In this document: one piece after another, positions 50,202 through 60,287 of the stretch
Numbering within the stretch: position 1 is the first letter of the stretch
How the letters are laid out: every line of letters begins with the position of its first letter
Source of the DNA: Prevotella sp.
GTDB taxonomy: Bacteria > Bacteroidota > Bacteroidia > Bacteroidales > Bacteroidaceae
Assembly (NCBI GenBank): GCA_052356385.1
Contig: DAWDAD010000007.1
Span: 6,465 to 70,464, forward strand
Direction: 5' to 3'
DNA length: 64,000 bases
Position numbers and translations under genes: made by a program
Notes under the pieces: model-generated
What the model was told of the DNA's origin: nothing
Databases searched by the model: none
Seen by the model: the letters and a program-made list of their open reading frames with translations, nothing else

Positions 50202-50657
50202 TTATTCGTGAGTAGCGAATCTCTGTTCTGCGAGCTTCTCATACTTGGTTCCTGGCTTGCCATAGTTGGCGTAAGGCCAGATGCTGATGCCGCCGCGAGG
50301 AGTAAAGATACCTGTTACTTCAATATACTTTGGATCCATCAGCTTGATGAGGTCCTTCATGATGATGTTCACGCAGTCCTCGTGAAAATCACCGTGGTTG
50401 CGGAAACTGAAGAGATAGAGCTTCAGGCTCTTGCTCTCTACCATCTTCACGTCAGGAATATAGCTGATGCGAATCTCAGCAAAGTCAGGCTGACCCGTGA
50501 TAGGGCAGAGGGATGTAAACTCAGGGCAGTTGAAACGTACCCAGTAATCATTGCCAGGGTGCTTGTTCACGAAGGTCTCCAATACCTCTGGCGCATAATC
50601 CATTCTATATTGGGTCTTGGCACCCAGTGCCTTCAACCCATCTTCTTTTCTATCCAT
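50202..50657 (-). CDS. queF: preQ0 reductase, type I
   Basis: [32 protein letters not shown]. Confidence 0.97.
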   Translation of the reverse strand: MDRKEDGLKALGAKTQYRMDYAPEVLETFVNKHPGNDYWVRFNCPEFTSLCPITGQPDFAEIRISYIPDVKMVESKSLKLYLFSFRNHGDFHEDCVNIIMKDLIKLMDPKYIEVTGIFTPRGGISIWPYANYGKPGTKYEKLAEQRFATHE

Positions 50658-50724
50658 AGTTCTATTCTATTGTTTAATTCTAATGTTTCGTGTTTGTTTT
50701 TGGGGCAATCTCTTTCTGAAAGCA

Positions 50725-51414
50725 TTAAATCGATCCTAACTTGAAGATGTTGTAGGAGATGTTGTTGTCATACACATCCTCGCCCTCGTGTTTCTTAATC
50801 GCATTGACCACACGGATGGTGATAGGCAGCACGATGATTTCATACACGGTCTTCAGTACCACCTGCCAGAGCATCAGCCAAGGCAATTCTGAGGTTGGGA
50901 CGATTCCGCCCAGGGCAAGAGGGAAGAAGATAAGGCTGTCGCAACTTTCGCCAGCTACCGTACTCCAGATGGCACGGGCTGAGAAATGCTTGCCGCCATC
51001 TCGAATCTTCATCACGCTCATTACGTAGGCGTTGGCAAAGGAACCTACGATGAATGCCACGAAAGAGGCAGCTGCAATGCGGGGAGCCAGACCGAAGATG
51101 GCATGAAATCCGGCATCGTTGGTCCAGTAAGGAGCGGCAGGAATCCAGTCGCAGATGGCACCCAGGGTTACGAAGAAGAAGTTCATGGCGAAGCCGGTCC
51201 AGATGAGAAGGCGGGCTTTCTGATAGCCCCATACTTCGCATACTACATCGTTGATGATGTAACTTACCGGGAACACGATCAGACCGCCGGTCAAAGAAAT
51301 CGGGCCTACTGCAATTTGCTTTGTTTCGAGCACGTTTGCCGCAATGAGACAAACGCAGAAGAGGATGCTGAAAAGCATGAACAGCACACTCACTTGAGTT
51401 GTTTTCTTTTCCAT
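50725..51414 (-). CDS. Queuosine precursor transporter (YhhQ/QPTR, Vut_1)
   Basis: FPVSYIINDVVCEVWG, PRIAAAS; adjacent to queF; start at MEKKTT. Confidence 0.9.
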   Translation of the reverse strand: MEKKTTQVSVLFMLFSILFCVCLIAANVLETKQIAVGPISLTGGLIVFPVSYIINDVVCEVWGYQKARLLIWTGFAMNFFFVTLGAICDWIPAAPYWTNDAGFHAIFGLAPRIAAASFVAFIVGSFANAYVMSVMKIRDGGKHFSARAIWSTVAGESCDSLIFFPLALGGIVPTSELPWLMLWQVVLKTVYEIIVLPITIRVVNAIKKHEGEDVYDNNISYNIFKLGSI

Positions 51415-51417
51415 TTT

Positions 51418-51448
51418 CTTGTTTTTTACGAGGTTTACCAAGCACTCG
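51418..51448 (-). promoter_or_regulatory. Probable preQ1 class I riboswitch
   Basis: CGAG-UGCUUGGUAAAC-CUCG-UAAAAAACAAG; loop CUUG can pair with tail CAAG; between a TAATTTTG promoter box and the ATG. Confidence 0.7.
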
Positions 51449-51536
51449 GATTATACTAACTTTTTATTTCGGGCTGCAAAATTACAACATTTCTCTCTAA
51501 CTGCCAAATCTTTACCCGTTTTTTTGCATAAAAAAA

Positions 51537-51566
51537 GCCCCAAGTACTATCACTAGCACTTAGGGC
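51537..51566 (-). terminator. Terminator of the hsp20 transcript
   Basis: Minus strand gccctaagtgctag...tagtacttggggc followed by a T-run. Confidence 0.7.
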
Positions 51567-51574
51567 GATATGTA

Positions 51575-51695
51575 TTAACTAAACCTAACTTATCTAACAA
51601 TTAAACCTAACTAAACAATCTAACCTAAACTAAACAATCTATTCAACCAAAACCTAAACTAAACAATCTGCTTATGAAAAACTAACCAAAAACAC
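51575..51695 (-). repeat. U/G-rich repetitive 3' UTR of hsp20
   Basis: cctaa(a)ctaaacaatct at 51606, 51624 and 51653; plus strand nearly G-free. Confidence 0.75.
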
Positions 51696-52106
51696 TTATC
51701 CTATTGAAATCTGGCGTGCAATCTTCTGCTCTTCCTGCTGCATCTTAGGCAACTGGATGGTGAGCACACCGTCAGCTACGCTGGCAGAAATCTTCTCCTT
51801 GTTGACATCGTCTGGGAGAATCAGGGTCTGCTCAAACTTAGCGTATGAGAACTCGCGACGCAGATAAACGTGCTCCTCCTGCTCTGGCTGATGCTTGTTC
51901 TCCATCTTGATGTGGAGATCGCCATTCTCATTGAGGTTTACCTCAAAGTCGTCCTTGCGCATTCCTGGAGCTGCAAGTTCTACTGTATATTTTGTCAAAG
52001 ACTCCTTGACGTTGATAGCTGGGGCTGTAGTATTAGCCTTCTGCATATTACCCTCGTTGAAGAGTCCGTTAAATACCTCTGGTATCCAAGAATTTCTGTA
52101 CATCAT
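51696..52106 (-). CDS. Hsp20/alpha-crystallin small heat-shock protein
   Basis: PAINVKE, ELAAPG, RREFSY, ADGVLTIQLPK. Confidence 0.95.
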   Translation of the reverse strand: MMYRNSWIPEVFNGLFNEGNMQKANTTAPAINVKESLTKYTVELAAPGMRKDDFEVNLNENGDLHIKMENKHQPEQEEHVYLRREFSYAKFEQTLILPDDVNKEKISASVADGVLTIQLPKMQQEEQKIARQISIG

Positions 52107-52198
52107 AATCTTAACCTCCGATTCTATTTTTATTTATTATTATTCGTTATTATTTATGTTGTGTAGCGAATTACTGATCCGCTTACACTCCCTCATCT

Positions 52199-52214
52199 AG
52201 CAATCCCCGTACCA
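52199..52214 (-). promoter_or_regulatory. Sigma54 promoter of hsp20
   Basis: Minus strand TGGTACGGGGATTGCT. Confidence 0.7.
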
Positions 52215-52325
52215 AAGTGCAAACTTCTGTCATTTCGGCAGTAAATCTGAAGAAATGCAAATAAACCCCCAAAAAACGCCCCAAAAAGCCCGACATTCTG
52301 TCGCGAATGCCGGGCCTTTTATCAT

Positions 52326-54572
52326 TTATTTCTCCATAAACTTCTTGGCAGCTCTGAGCTGGTGTCTCATCACGCTCAGGAACTCCTGGCTCTCCTGAAG
52401 TACATTCAGGTAAACCAGCGAAATCTGCATCAGAGAATTATCTGAAAGATGCTGGATGCGGTCGATATGCTTCTTGCGAAGTACGCTGAGCTCATCCTTG
52501 CAGGCATCTGCCTCGGCGAGAATCTCGTGGTAGTTCTCGTAGCGGCTGGTCTCAATCTGCTCGCAGCTCATACGCATCAGGTCGTTGATCTTCTGGCGTA
52601 CAGGAGCAAACTCCTTGGTGTATTCTGCAGGGAGTGGATTGAAGTTGTTGTCCACGTGCTCTTTGATTGGGTCGAGCATACGGCGCAGAGAGTAGATGAA
52701 CTGCTGGTTGCTGTTGGCTCCCAGATGGAACCAGGTGTTGCGCTCGATGGCAATCTCGATAGGCGATTTCTTCAAACCGAGCATCTCCTGGCGACGGTAC
52801 TTTTTCAGCATATCCTGCTCCTTCTTCAAGTCCTTGTTGGCATGACGGAGATACTTAGGATTCTCGTTGGCAAGACCATCCATAATTTGGTTGAACTCGT
52901 TGAGTGCAAAGTGGCAGACAAAGCTCTGGGTGCGGGATACCTGGCGACGAAGCAGATCCCATACAATCTCAGGATCGTGTGAGCGCATCATCAACTGGAA
53001 GGTGCTTCCCTTGCTCTCTTCCTTTGCCTTCTTGTTATACTGGATGTTGCTGCGGATGAGCAGGAAGATAACCAATGCCATGAAGCAGCTCTGGATTCCT
53101 ACACCGCCGAAGTGCATGATGAGGCAGACAATGGCACAGGCTGCGAAAGCTACACCGGCTGTGATGAACCATCCACCAATCACACTCAATACACCGGTTA
53201 CACGGAACACGGCACTCTCACGGCTCCAAGCTCTATCGGCAAGTGAAGAACCCATAGCCACCATAAAGGTAACGTAGGTGGTAGAGAGTGGCAACTTCAG
53301 GTTGGTACCGATGGTGATGAGCATACTTGCCAATACCAGGTTTACGGCTGCACGAACCACGTCGAAGGCTGCGCTCTCTTCCAGCTCTACATTGTTCTTG
53401 TCGAAACGGCTGTTGATCCAGTTCATCAGAGCCTTTGGCATAAACTGCTTCAACCATGAATCTGTAGCCTGGCAGTTGCGTACAATCACGCGGGCTGCAG
53501 AAGAGCTTCCGAACATCTCGTCACCCTCGTCCTGACGGCTCAAATCGACTGAAGTCTTGATTACGTTCTGAGCCTTCTTGGAAGTTGCCATGGCGATGAT
53601 CATCACGGCACCGGCAGCGAGAAGATAAACTGGAGTAGTCTTGGCGCTATCCATCAGAGAAGTCATCATAAACTGGTCTGGAGTAGCACCGTTGGCATTT
53701 GCCATATAGTCCTGATAAGAGGAAAGACCTGCGAGAGGCACACCGATGAAGTTCACCAGGTCGTTGCCGGCGAAAGCCATCGCCAGAGCGAAAGTACCCA
53801 TCAATACGGTAAACTTGAAGATGTTGATGCGACAGAGATGCAGGAACTCCATCATGATGGCTGAACCCACGAAGGTAATGCAGAGCAGCAAGCCGAGGTT
53901 CTGGTCGATATAATCACGCCATTCTGCAGGCAGATAAGGACTCTTACCCAATCCTTTCATGAAGATGAAGTAAGAGAGGGCTGTGAAGGCGATACCGCCG
54001 AAGATGGCGATGCTGTAGCGTGAATGCTTGCGGTAATTGAAGGTGAAGATGATACGGGAAAGCCACATCACGAAAGCACCGAATACGAAGGCGATGATGA
54101 CGGATGAGAAGATACCCATGATTACCTCCAATGCCTTGTTACTGTTCAGCAAGACGCCGTAGTTCAGACTGTCGTCACCATACATCTTCAGGGTTGCGAG
54201 GATGAAGGCACCTCCCAGGAGCTCGAACACCAGCGAAACTGTGGTTGAGGTTGGCATACCCAGCGTATTGAACACATCCAGGATGATCACATCCGTCACC
54301 ATCACGGCTAGAAAGAGCGTCATCACTTCCTCGAAGGTAAAGTGATCTGGACTCATGATACCGTGTCGGGCGATATCCATCATTCCCGATGACATGATGG
54401 CACCCAGTACCACACCGCAGGAAGCGATGATCAGCACCGTGCGAAACTTAGCCACCTTAGCTCCGATGGCAGATTGCAGGAAGTTGACAGCATCGTTGCT
54501 GACTCCCACGAAGAGATCAAACACTGCCAGACAGAGCAGGAAGATCACGATACAAAGATAAATCGTACTCAT
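52326..54572 (-). CDS. Inorganic phosphate transporter (PiT) with PhoU-like C-terminal helical domain
   Basis: GVSNDAVN, GMPTSTT, AGNDLVN, PLSTT. Confidence 0.9.
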   Translation of the reverse strand: MSTIYLCIVIFLLCLAVFDLFVGVSNDAVNFLQSAIGAKVAKFRTVLIIASCGVVLGAIMSSGMMDIARHGIMSPDHFTFEEVMTLFLAVMVTDVIILDVFNTLGMPTSTTVSLVFELLGGAFILATLKMYGDDSLNYGVLLNSNKALEVIMGIFSSVIIAFVFGAFVMWLSRIIFTFNYRKHSRYSIAIFGGIAFTALSYFIFMKGLGKSPYLPAEWRDYIDQNLGLLLCITFVGSAIMMEFLHLCRINIFKFTVLMGTFALAMAFAGNDLVNFIGVPLAGLSSYQDYMANANGATPDQFMMTSLMDSAKTTPVYLLAAGAVMIIAMATSKKAQNVIKTSVDLSRQDEGDEMFGSSSAARVIVRNCQATDSWLKQFMPKALMNWINSRFDKNNVELEESAAFDVVRAAVNLVLASMLITIGTNLKLPLSTTYVTFMVAMGSSLADRAWSRESAVFRVTGVLSVIGGWFITAGVAFAACAIVCLIMHFGGVGIQSCFMALVIFLLIRSNIQYNKKAKEESKGSTFQLMMRSHDPEIVWDLLRRQVSRTQSFVCHFALNEFNQIMDGLANENPKYLRHANKDLKKEQDMLKKYRRQEMLGLKKSPIEIAIERNTWFHLGANSNQQFIYSLRRMLDPIKEHVDNNFNPLPAEYTKEFAPVRQKINDLMRMSCEQIETSRYENYHEILAEADACKDELSVLRKKHIDRIQHLSDNSLMQISLVYLNVLQESQEFLSVMRHQLRAAKKFMEK

Positions 54573-54635
54573 TATATATTAATGTTTATTGTTTATTTTT
54601 TCCCCTCGTTTTCGGTTGCAAAGGTACGTAAGGGA

Positions 54636-54675
54636 TGTTACAGGTGATTTAAACAGGTGTTACAATCCTGTTAAA
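54636..54675 (-). promoter_or_regulatory. Pho-box-like direct repeats with 11-bp period
   Basis: tgttaca 54636, atttaaa 54647, tgttaca 54658, tgttaaa 54669; upstream of a TACCTTTG -7 box. Confidence 0.6.
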
Positions 54676-54769
54676 AACATTTTTTCTTCGATTTTTTAGA
54701 AAGAAAGCATTATCTTTGCACTCGTTTTTATGGCAAAGTAGTATATAATAATGTATAAGAAATCATAGA

Positions 54770-55501
54770 ATGGAAAAACTGAAAGATATCAGGGCGATAG
54801 CCTTCGATGCCGACGATACGCTCTGGGCATTGCAGAATTACTTTGAGGATGTAGAGCATGAATATTGCGAGCTTCTTTCTGCTTATGGCAAGGAGAAGGA
54901 GATTTCTGCAGCCCTCTTTGAAACTGAGAGCCGGAATATGGCAGACTTGGGATATGGCTGCAAGGCTTTCACCCTTTCGCTGGTAGAAAATGCCATCAAA
55001 GTGAGTCATGGTAAGGTGGAGGCGAATGTCATTGCTCAGATTCTGGATCTTGGCAAGAGTCTCCTGCATCTTGATGCCAAACCGCTGGAGGGTGTTGAGG
55101 CTACTCTTGCCCGCATCCGTGAAATGAGAACCGGGCAGGAGGATGGTTCTTCCGGTGAAAGAAGATACAGGCTGGCTGTCTTTACCAAGGGAGAACTGAT
55201 GGACCAGGAGAATAAGTTGTGGCGTTCGGGGCTGCAGCGCTATTTTGATGTGGTAAGTATCGTGAGCGATAAGAAGCCCGAGGCTTACCGTCGTCTTTGC
55301 CGGGAGATGGAAGTGAAGCCCGAAGAGCTTCTTATGGTGGGCAACAGCTTTAAGAGCGATATTGCGCCGGCATTGAAAATCGGAGCCTCTGCCGTCCATA
55401 TCCCTTTCCATACTACCTGGGCGCACGAAAAGATAGAGGAGTTTGAACATCCCAACCTCCGCCGCATCTCCCGCTTTGCACAGCTGCTGGACATCCTGTA
55501 G
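54770..55501 (+). CDS. HAD-superfamily hydrolase
   Basis: FDADDTLW, TKGE, MVGNSFKSDI. Confidence 0.88.
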   Translation: MEKLKDIRAIAFDADDTLWALQNYFEDVEHEYCELLSAYGKEKEISAALFETESRNMADLGYGCKAFTLSLVENAIKVSHGKVEANVIAQILDLGKSLLHLDAKPLEGVEATLARIREMRTGQEDGSSGERRYRLAVFTKGELMDQENKLWRSGLQRYFDVVSIVSDKKPEAYRRLCREMEVKPEELLMVGNSFKSDIAPALKIGASAVHIPFHTTWAHEKIEEFEHPNLRRISRFAQLLDIL

Positions 55502-55512
55502 CTTCCTTGGGG

Positions 55513-55594
55513 CAAGTTTCGCACAGATAATTTGCGCTAACATACTTTTTTCATACCATTAGCGCAGATTATCCACGAATAATTTGCGCTAATG
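55513..55594. repeat. BIME-like array of ataatYtgcgctaa units, copy 1 (3 units)
   Basis: Alternating ataatttgcgctaa / ttagcgcagattat. Confidence 0.8.
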
Positions 55595-55606
55595 GGGATT
55601 TTTTTA

Positions 55607-55681
55607 TATCTTTGCAGAAGATAAGCTGCACTCGGCAATTTGAAAGCAAGCTTTCATTGCGCTCGCTTGCATTATCTTTGC
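55607..55681. mobile_element. Short palindromic insert flanked by duplicated TATCTTTGC promoter box
   Basis: tatctttgc at 55607 and 55673; inner gcaat-ttgaaagc-aa-gctttc-attgc. Confidence 0.5.
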
Positions 55682-55700
55682 GCAGAAAATAACGAAAGAT

Positions 55701-57149
55701 ATGGAACAGAGACTAATAGGAAGAGAAGCAGAACTCAAACTGCTCAATGAATATATAAACTCCGATAAATCAGAGTTTATCGCCGTCTATGGAAGACGAC
55801 GTGTAGGCAAGACTTTTCTCATCAGAAAAGCCGTAGAGGATCATTTTGCCTTCTTCATGACAGGAATGAACGGAGTTGCCAAAGGCGAACAGCTTGTCAA
55901 CTTCAGCATTGCCCTGCAAAAATATACCCACTCCACCACTCTGCAGACATTCAAGAGCTGGCTGCTGGCATTCTATGCCCTATCACAATACATAGAAACA
56001 CTTCCGGAAGGCAAGAAAGTAATATTCATCGATGAATTGCCATGGATGGATACCGCCAAATCGGGATTCATACCAGCACTGGAAAACTTCTGGAACAGTT
56101 GGGCTGTACTGCGCAACGACATCAAACTCATCGTTTGCGGATCAGCCACATCCTGGATGATCAACAACCTGATTCGCAACCGTGGTGGCTTGCACAACCG
56201 ACTGACCCATCATCTGATCGTAAAACCATTCACTCTGCACGAATGCGAAGAATACTTCAAGGCTTACCACTTCGGCTACAGCCGAAAACAGATAGCAGAA
56301 TGCTATATGGTTATGGGTGGAATACCTTATTATCTGTCAATGATGGATAAATCGAAAAGTCTGGCACAGAACATCGACCAGCTGTTTTTCGCAGACAATG
56401 CAGAACTGAAAGATGAATTCAACGACTTATACAGAGCTTTGTTTAAGAAATCAGCCGACCATATCGCCGTGGTTACTGCCCTTGCTACCAAAGGAATGGG
56501 TATGACCCGACAGGAACTGGTCAAAGCATCGGGAGGAAAAGATAACGGAGCCTTCTCTACAGTACTGGAAGAATTGGAACAATGCGGATTCATCCGTCTG
56601 TATGAACCATTCAGCACTACCAACAAGATGACTTCCGACATTCGCCAAAAGCGAAACACCTTATTTCAGTTAGTAGATTTCTATACGCTCTTCTACTTCC
56701 GGTTCATCAGACATAACAAGTATCAGGATTCCAGTTTCTGGTCATCCTCCCAGAACAGTCAGCTATACCATACTTGGGCAGGACTGTCGTTTGAGATGCT
56801 TTGTCTAAACCATATAGACAAAATCAAGCATGCCCTGGGAATTTCGGGAGTACAGACCTTGGTTTGCTCATGGCGAAGCAGCAACACAGAAAAGGGAACT
56901 CAAATAGACTTGCTGATAGACCGGAAAGATGAAACCATCAACATCTGTGAGATGAAATTCTACAAGAGCGAATTCGAAATCAGCAAGGAATATGAGGAGA
57001 AATTGCAGGAGAAACTTCGTATCTTCACTGAAGAGACGAAGACTTCCAAATCGCTTCTCCTCACATTGATTACTTCTTTCGGATTGAAGCAGAACAAACA
57101 TAGCGACATCGTACAGAAACAGATTACGATGGATGATTTGTTTATTTAA
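55701..57149 (+). CDS. Archaeal-type ATPase with C-terminal PD-(D/E)XK (DUF234-like) domain
   Basis: GRRRVGKT, FIDELPW, CGSA, GGIPYYL, QIDLLIDR...ICEMKF. Confidence 0.85.
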   Translation: MEQRLIGREAELKLLNEYINSDKSEFIAVYGRRRVGKTFLIRKAVEDHFAFFMTGMNGVAKGEQLVNFSIALQKYTHSTTLQTFKSWLLAFYALSQYIETLPEGKKVIFIDELPWMDTAKSGFIPALENFWNSWAVLRNDIKLIVCGSATSWMINNLIRNRGGLHNRLTHHLIVKPFTLHECEEYFKAYHFGYSRKQIAECYMVMGGIPYYLSMMDKSKSLAQNIDQLFFADNAELKDEFNDLYRALFKKSADHIAVVTALATKGMGMTRQELVKASGGKDNGAFSTVLEELEQCGFIRLYEPFSTTNKMTSDIRQKRNTLFQLVDFYTLFYFRFIRHNKYQDSSFWSSSQNSQLYHTWAGLSFEMLCLNHIDKIKHALGISGVQTLVCSWRSSNTEKGTQIDLLIDRKDETINICEMKFYKSEFEISKEYEEKLQEKLRIFTEETKTSKSLLLTLITSFGLKQNKHSDIVQKQITMDDLFI

Positions 57150-57210
57150 AAGATAACCCTAAAAGGAAAGGGTGTGGCTCATGCCACACCCCACCTCAAA
57201 ACTCCCACAA

Positions 57211-60120
57211 TTACTTCTTACTCTTCGGCGCCTTGCTGAATTTATACATCAAATGCACCATCGCATAGCTTGGCAGGGTGTTGTTCCATTTCTCGGTCTT
57301 GCCCTGTCCGCCCACCTCATACACGGTGCTCGACAGATTCTGAAGAATATCAAAAGCCTCTGCCTTCAGCGTCAGCTTGCCTTTGCAGAACGAGCGGGAT
57401 AGCGAGGCATTCCATACCAGATCACTGGTGTTAAACGACTTCTCGCTGTAACCACGCCTGCAATATTCCTTCAGGTCGGTAGAGAGCGAAATGCCCAGAG
57501 GCAAGGTGTAAGTCATGTTGCCACCATACTCAAAATCATAGGCATTCAATTTCTCGAAATTGCTGCGGTCGCTCGTACCATGCTTCCACTCCAGCTTTCC
57601 ACCCAAGTTGATGCTCAACTTGTCTTTCTGATACTTGAAGTACAAACTGTTACCCAACTCAGTTCTGAGTACATAGCAAAGCTGAGTAGAATTATCATCG
57701 TAAGCTATATCAAAATCCTTGCGGCGCAAACCGTTAAACCACAGACGATAATCCAGGCGGAACAAACGGGTCTTGTCAAGAGCCACACCATAAGATGTCG
57801 TTGTCCAGAAATCCCAGTTGCCGCCACCACCAATATTATCACTCATATAGGTGTAGCCACCCGTCTGCGAATTATAAGTAGTGCGGGTACCCACAAGATT
57901 GTGATAGAAATTACCCGTAGCGAAGAATCCCACATACTGCTGATTCTTGAGTCCGTTGAAACGGATGTTTACATCGTAATGATGATACAGCGAATTCTCC
58001 AGGTCCGGATTGTTCACCCTCACCGCCAGCGGATTCGAATTGTCTCTGTATGGCATGATGCTGAAGAAATCAGGCGTCTGGCTCTGCATATAATAATGTA
58101 AGTAGATAGACTTCTTATCGTCATAACAATAGTACATAAGCGAAGGCTTGAATACCACACGTCTTCTTTTGGCTATCGTGTCGAGAGCCGATGTGTGGTA
58201 ATTGAGACGCTCCTTTTCTTCAGAAATGCTCAGCGATAGAAACAGGTATGAAGATCTATCATTTCTTTGGAATAAAAGTTCACCACCCGTATTCTTTTTC
58301 ATCGTCTGATAGCTTCTACTCACATCCTCGTCAATCACCCCCGAAAGCTGCTCCATATTAGAAGGCAGCGTGGCGAACATCAGTTCCGGATTGGCTATCC
58401 AGTCACCGCCAAGCTCATCCAGGCGGTATTTCAAGCCCTTCACCGATTGATAGGTCTGCGCAAAATCTGGGCCAACCAACACAGTCCATTTAGTATATGG
58501 AATTTCTATTCCATACTTAAAGGTGCTTCTTATATTATAGCTGTTCGACCTGCTGTCGTTGTAATAGTTACGCAAGTCCTTCTCGCCAGTCTTGAAATAC
58601 TCATTGCGGTTCAGGCTGAAAGACTCGTTTGGCTTAGAGCTGGCATAGCTTCCATTCAAATTCAGTTCTATTCTATCACCCCATGGCAACTTATACCATA
58701 CCGAAGCAGTCTGACTACCTGTGAATGCATGCACTTTAGAGCGTGATTGATAGAGCGACCGGTTGGTGATGATGTCGTGCAGGCTGCCACTAACATTCTG
58801 TGCAAAGGTAGAATCGATGGTCTGCCTGATATCGCCCCATCTTTCAGGATTGGCAGAATAGGTAGCACTGAGGTTTGACGAAGATGACTTTCTGTCGGAG
58901 TAGTCGATACGGGTATCCAACCATACTCCCAACTTTCCATCCACCTGGAAGTTATTGTAGAGGTTGAAACTATGGTTGTCGCTGCGCGAATCACTGATAC
59001 TTCTACCGAAGATATTGCCTGTAGAGGCAAAATTCTCCTGCGAACTGTGGGTCAAGTCATGCGTATTGTCCCAAGCAAACGTAACGTTTCCCTGCTCTCT
59101 TATCATCTGACTCTTCGATGAAGCATTAAAGTCAACTCCCACTTGGCGGGTAGTCTTTTGTCCCTGCGGACTGTTGGAAGGCGACCAGTCGCCCTGACTT
59201 CCCGGTTTTCGTGTTTCGTTCTTGTTATTCATGTTGCCGAATACAGAGATTCGTGAATTGTCAGTGTAGTAGAGTCCGAAGAGACGAGCCAGATAGCGGT
59301 CTTCGCTACCCCCGGCAGCCTCCATGTTGGCGATGTATCCACGGGAGTACTCACGCTTCAGGGCCACATCCATCACATAGTCTTTCTTCTCCATCTCCTT
59401 CCCCATGAGTCGGCTTTTTTCAGAAGAACGGTCATACACCTTCAGTTCCTTTACGGTATAGTAAGGAAGATTGTCGAGCATCACCTGGTTCTTTCCCTTG
59501 AAAAAGTCTTTTCCGTTAAGGAGCAGATAATCTATCTTCTTGCCGTTTACGTAAATATCGCCGTTACTCTTCATTTCAGCTCCCGGCATCTGTCTGATAA
59601 GAGCGTCGAGCATGGAGCCATCAGGCACATTGAATGCACTGGCGTTAAAGACGAGCGTGTCGCCACGGTAAGCCAGCTTCACCTTGGTACCTGTCACCAC
59701 CACGTCGTCGAGGGCAACATCCTGATTGAATTTCTTCTTGAGCAAAAGCGAAGGAAATGAGAAATTTTTATTGCGTGCTATGTATTTGATGGTATGATTG
59801 ATACACTTCGACTCATAGCCTTCACACTCTGCCTTGACGATATAAGTAGCGGGACGTGCAGGCACATGAGTATGATAAAAGAGGTGTTTTCCCCATCCAC
59901 TCGTAGTCATGGTATCTATCACGTTGCTGTCCTTGTCCATCACCGTGACAAAAGCCTTCAGATAGGCCTGGGTAAACGAATCTTTCACGTCACCATAGAC
60001 TTCTACTTTATGCTCTTTCTTTTTCTTTTCTTGGTTGTTTTGCTGTTGCAGCTGATTTCCGTAAGCATAATTTGGCAACACAGCCATTAATAACAAGATA
60101 ATCAAATTAATAGATTTCAT
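57211..60120 (-). CDS. Outer-membrane beta-barrel family protein (TonB-receptor-like), copy 1
   Basis: Signal peptide, LDDVVV, GDTLVFNASAF, LIRQMPG, NPDL, C-terminal beta-signal. Confidence 0.85.
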   Translation of the reverse strand: MKSINLIILLLMAVLPNYAYGNQLQQQNNQEKKKKEHKVEVYGDVKDSFTQAYLKAFVTVMDKDSNVIDTMTTSGWGKHLFYHTHVPARPATYIVKAECEGYESKCINHTIKYIARNKNFSFPSLLLKKKFNQDVALDDVVVTGTKVKLAYRGDTLVFNASAFNVPDGSMLDALIRQMPGAEMKSNGDIYVNGKKIDYLLLNGKDFFKGKNQVMLDNLPYYTVKELKVYDRSSEKSRLMGKEMEKKDYVMDVALKREYSRGYIANMEAAGGSEDRYLARLFGLYYTDNSRISVFGNMNNKNETRKPGSQGDWSPSNSPQGQKTTRQVGVDFNASSKSQMIREQGNVTFAWDNTHDLTHSSQENFASTGNIFGRSISDSRSDNHSFNLYNNFQVDGKLGVWLDTRIDYSDRKSSSSNLSATYSANPERWGDIRQTIDSTFAQNVSGSLHDIITNRSLYQSRSKVHAFTGSQTASVWYKLPWGDRIELNLNGSYASSKPNESFSLNRNEYFKTGEKDLRNYYNDSRSNSYNIRSTFKYGIEIPYTKWTVLVGPDFAQTYQSVKGLKYRLDELGGDWIANPELMFATLPSNMEQLSGVIDEDVSRSYQTMKKNTGGELLFQRNDRSSYLFLSLSISEEKERLNYHTSALDTIAKRRRVVFKPSLMYYCYDDKKSIYLHYYMQSQTPDFFSIMPYRDNSNPLAVRVNNPDLENSLYHHYDVNIRFNGLKNQQYVGFFATGNFYHNLVGTRTTYNSQTGGYTYMSDNIGGGGNWDFWTTTSYGVALDKTRLFRLDYRLWFNGLRRKDFDIAYDDNSTQLCYVLRTELGNSLYFKYQKDKLSINLGGKLEWKHGTSDRSNFEKLNAYDFEYGGNMTYTLPLGISLSTDLKEYCRRGYSEKSFNTSDLVWNASLSRSFCKGKLTLKAEAFDILQNLSSTVYEVGGQGKTEKWNNTLPSYAMVHLMYKFSKAPKSKK

Positions 60121-60287
60121 ATTATTATCAGTTAGTTAGTTATTATTCATCACATTCTCTCATCTACCTACCGTTTTGCCCCATCAGGCAGCAAAGATAC
60201 TGATAGATTTTGCAAAGATACAGTTTTCATGTTAGAATATAGCATAATAGCCTGCATTTTAAGCTTTATTATCTTTTCAAAAAGACT

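Noticed and set aside
51575..51695. CRISPR array
   Set aside because: Units are about 17 bp, low-complexity, with no regular unique spacers and no cas genes
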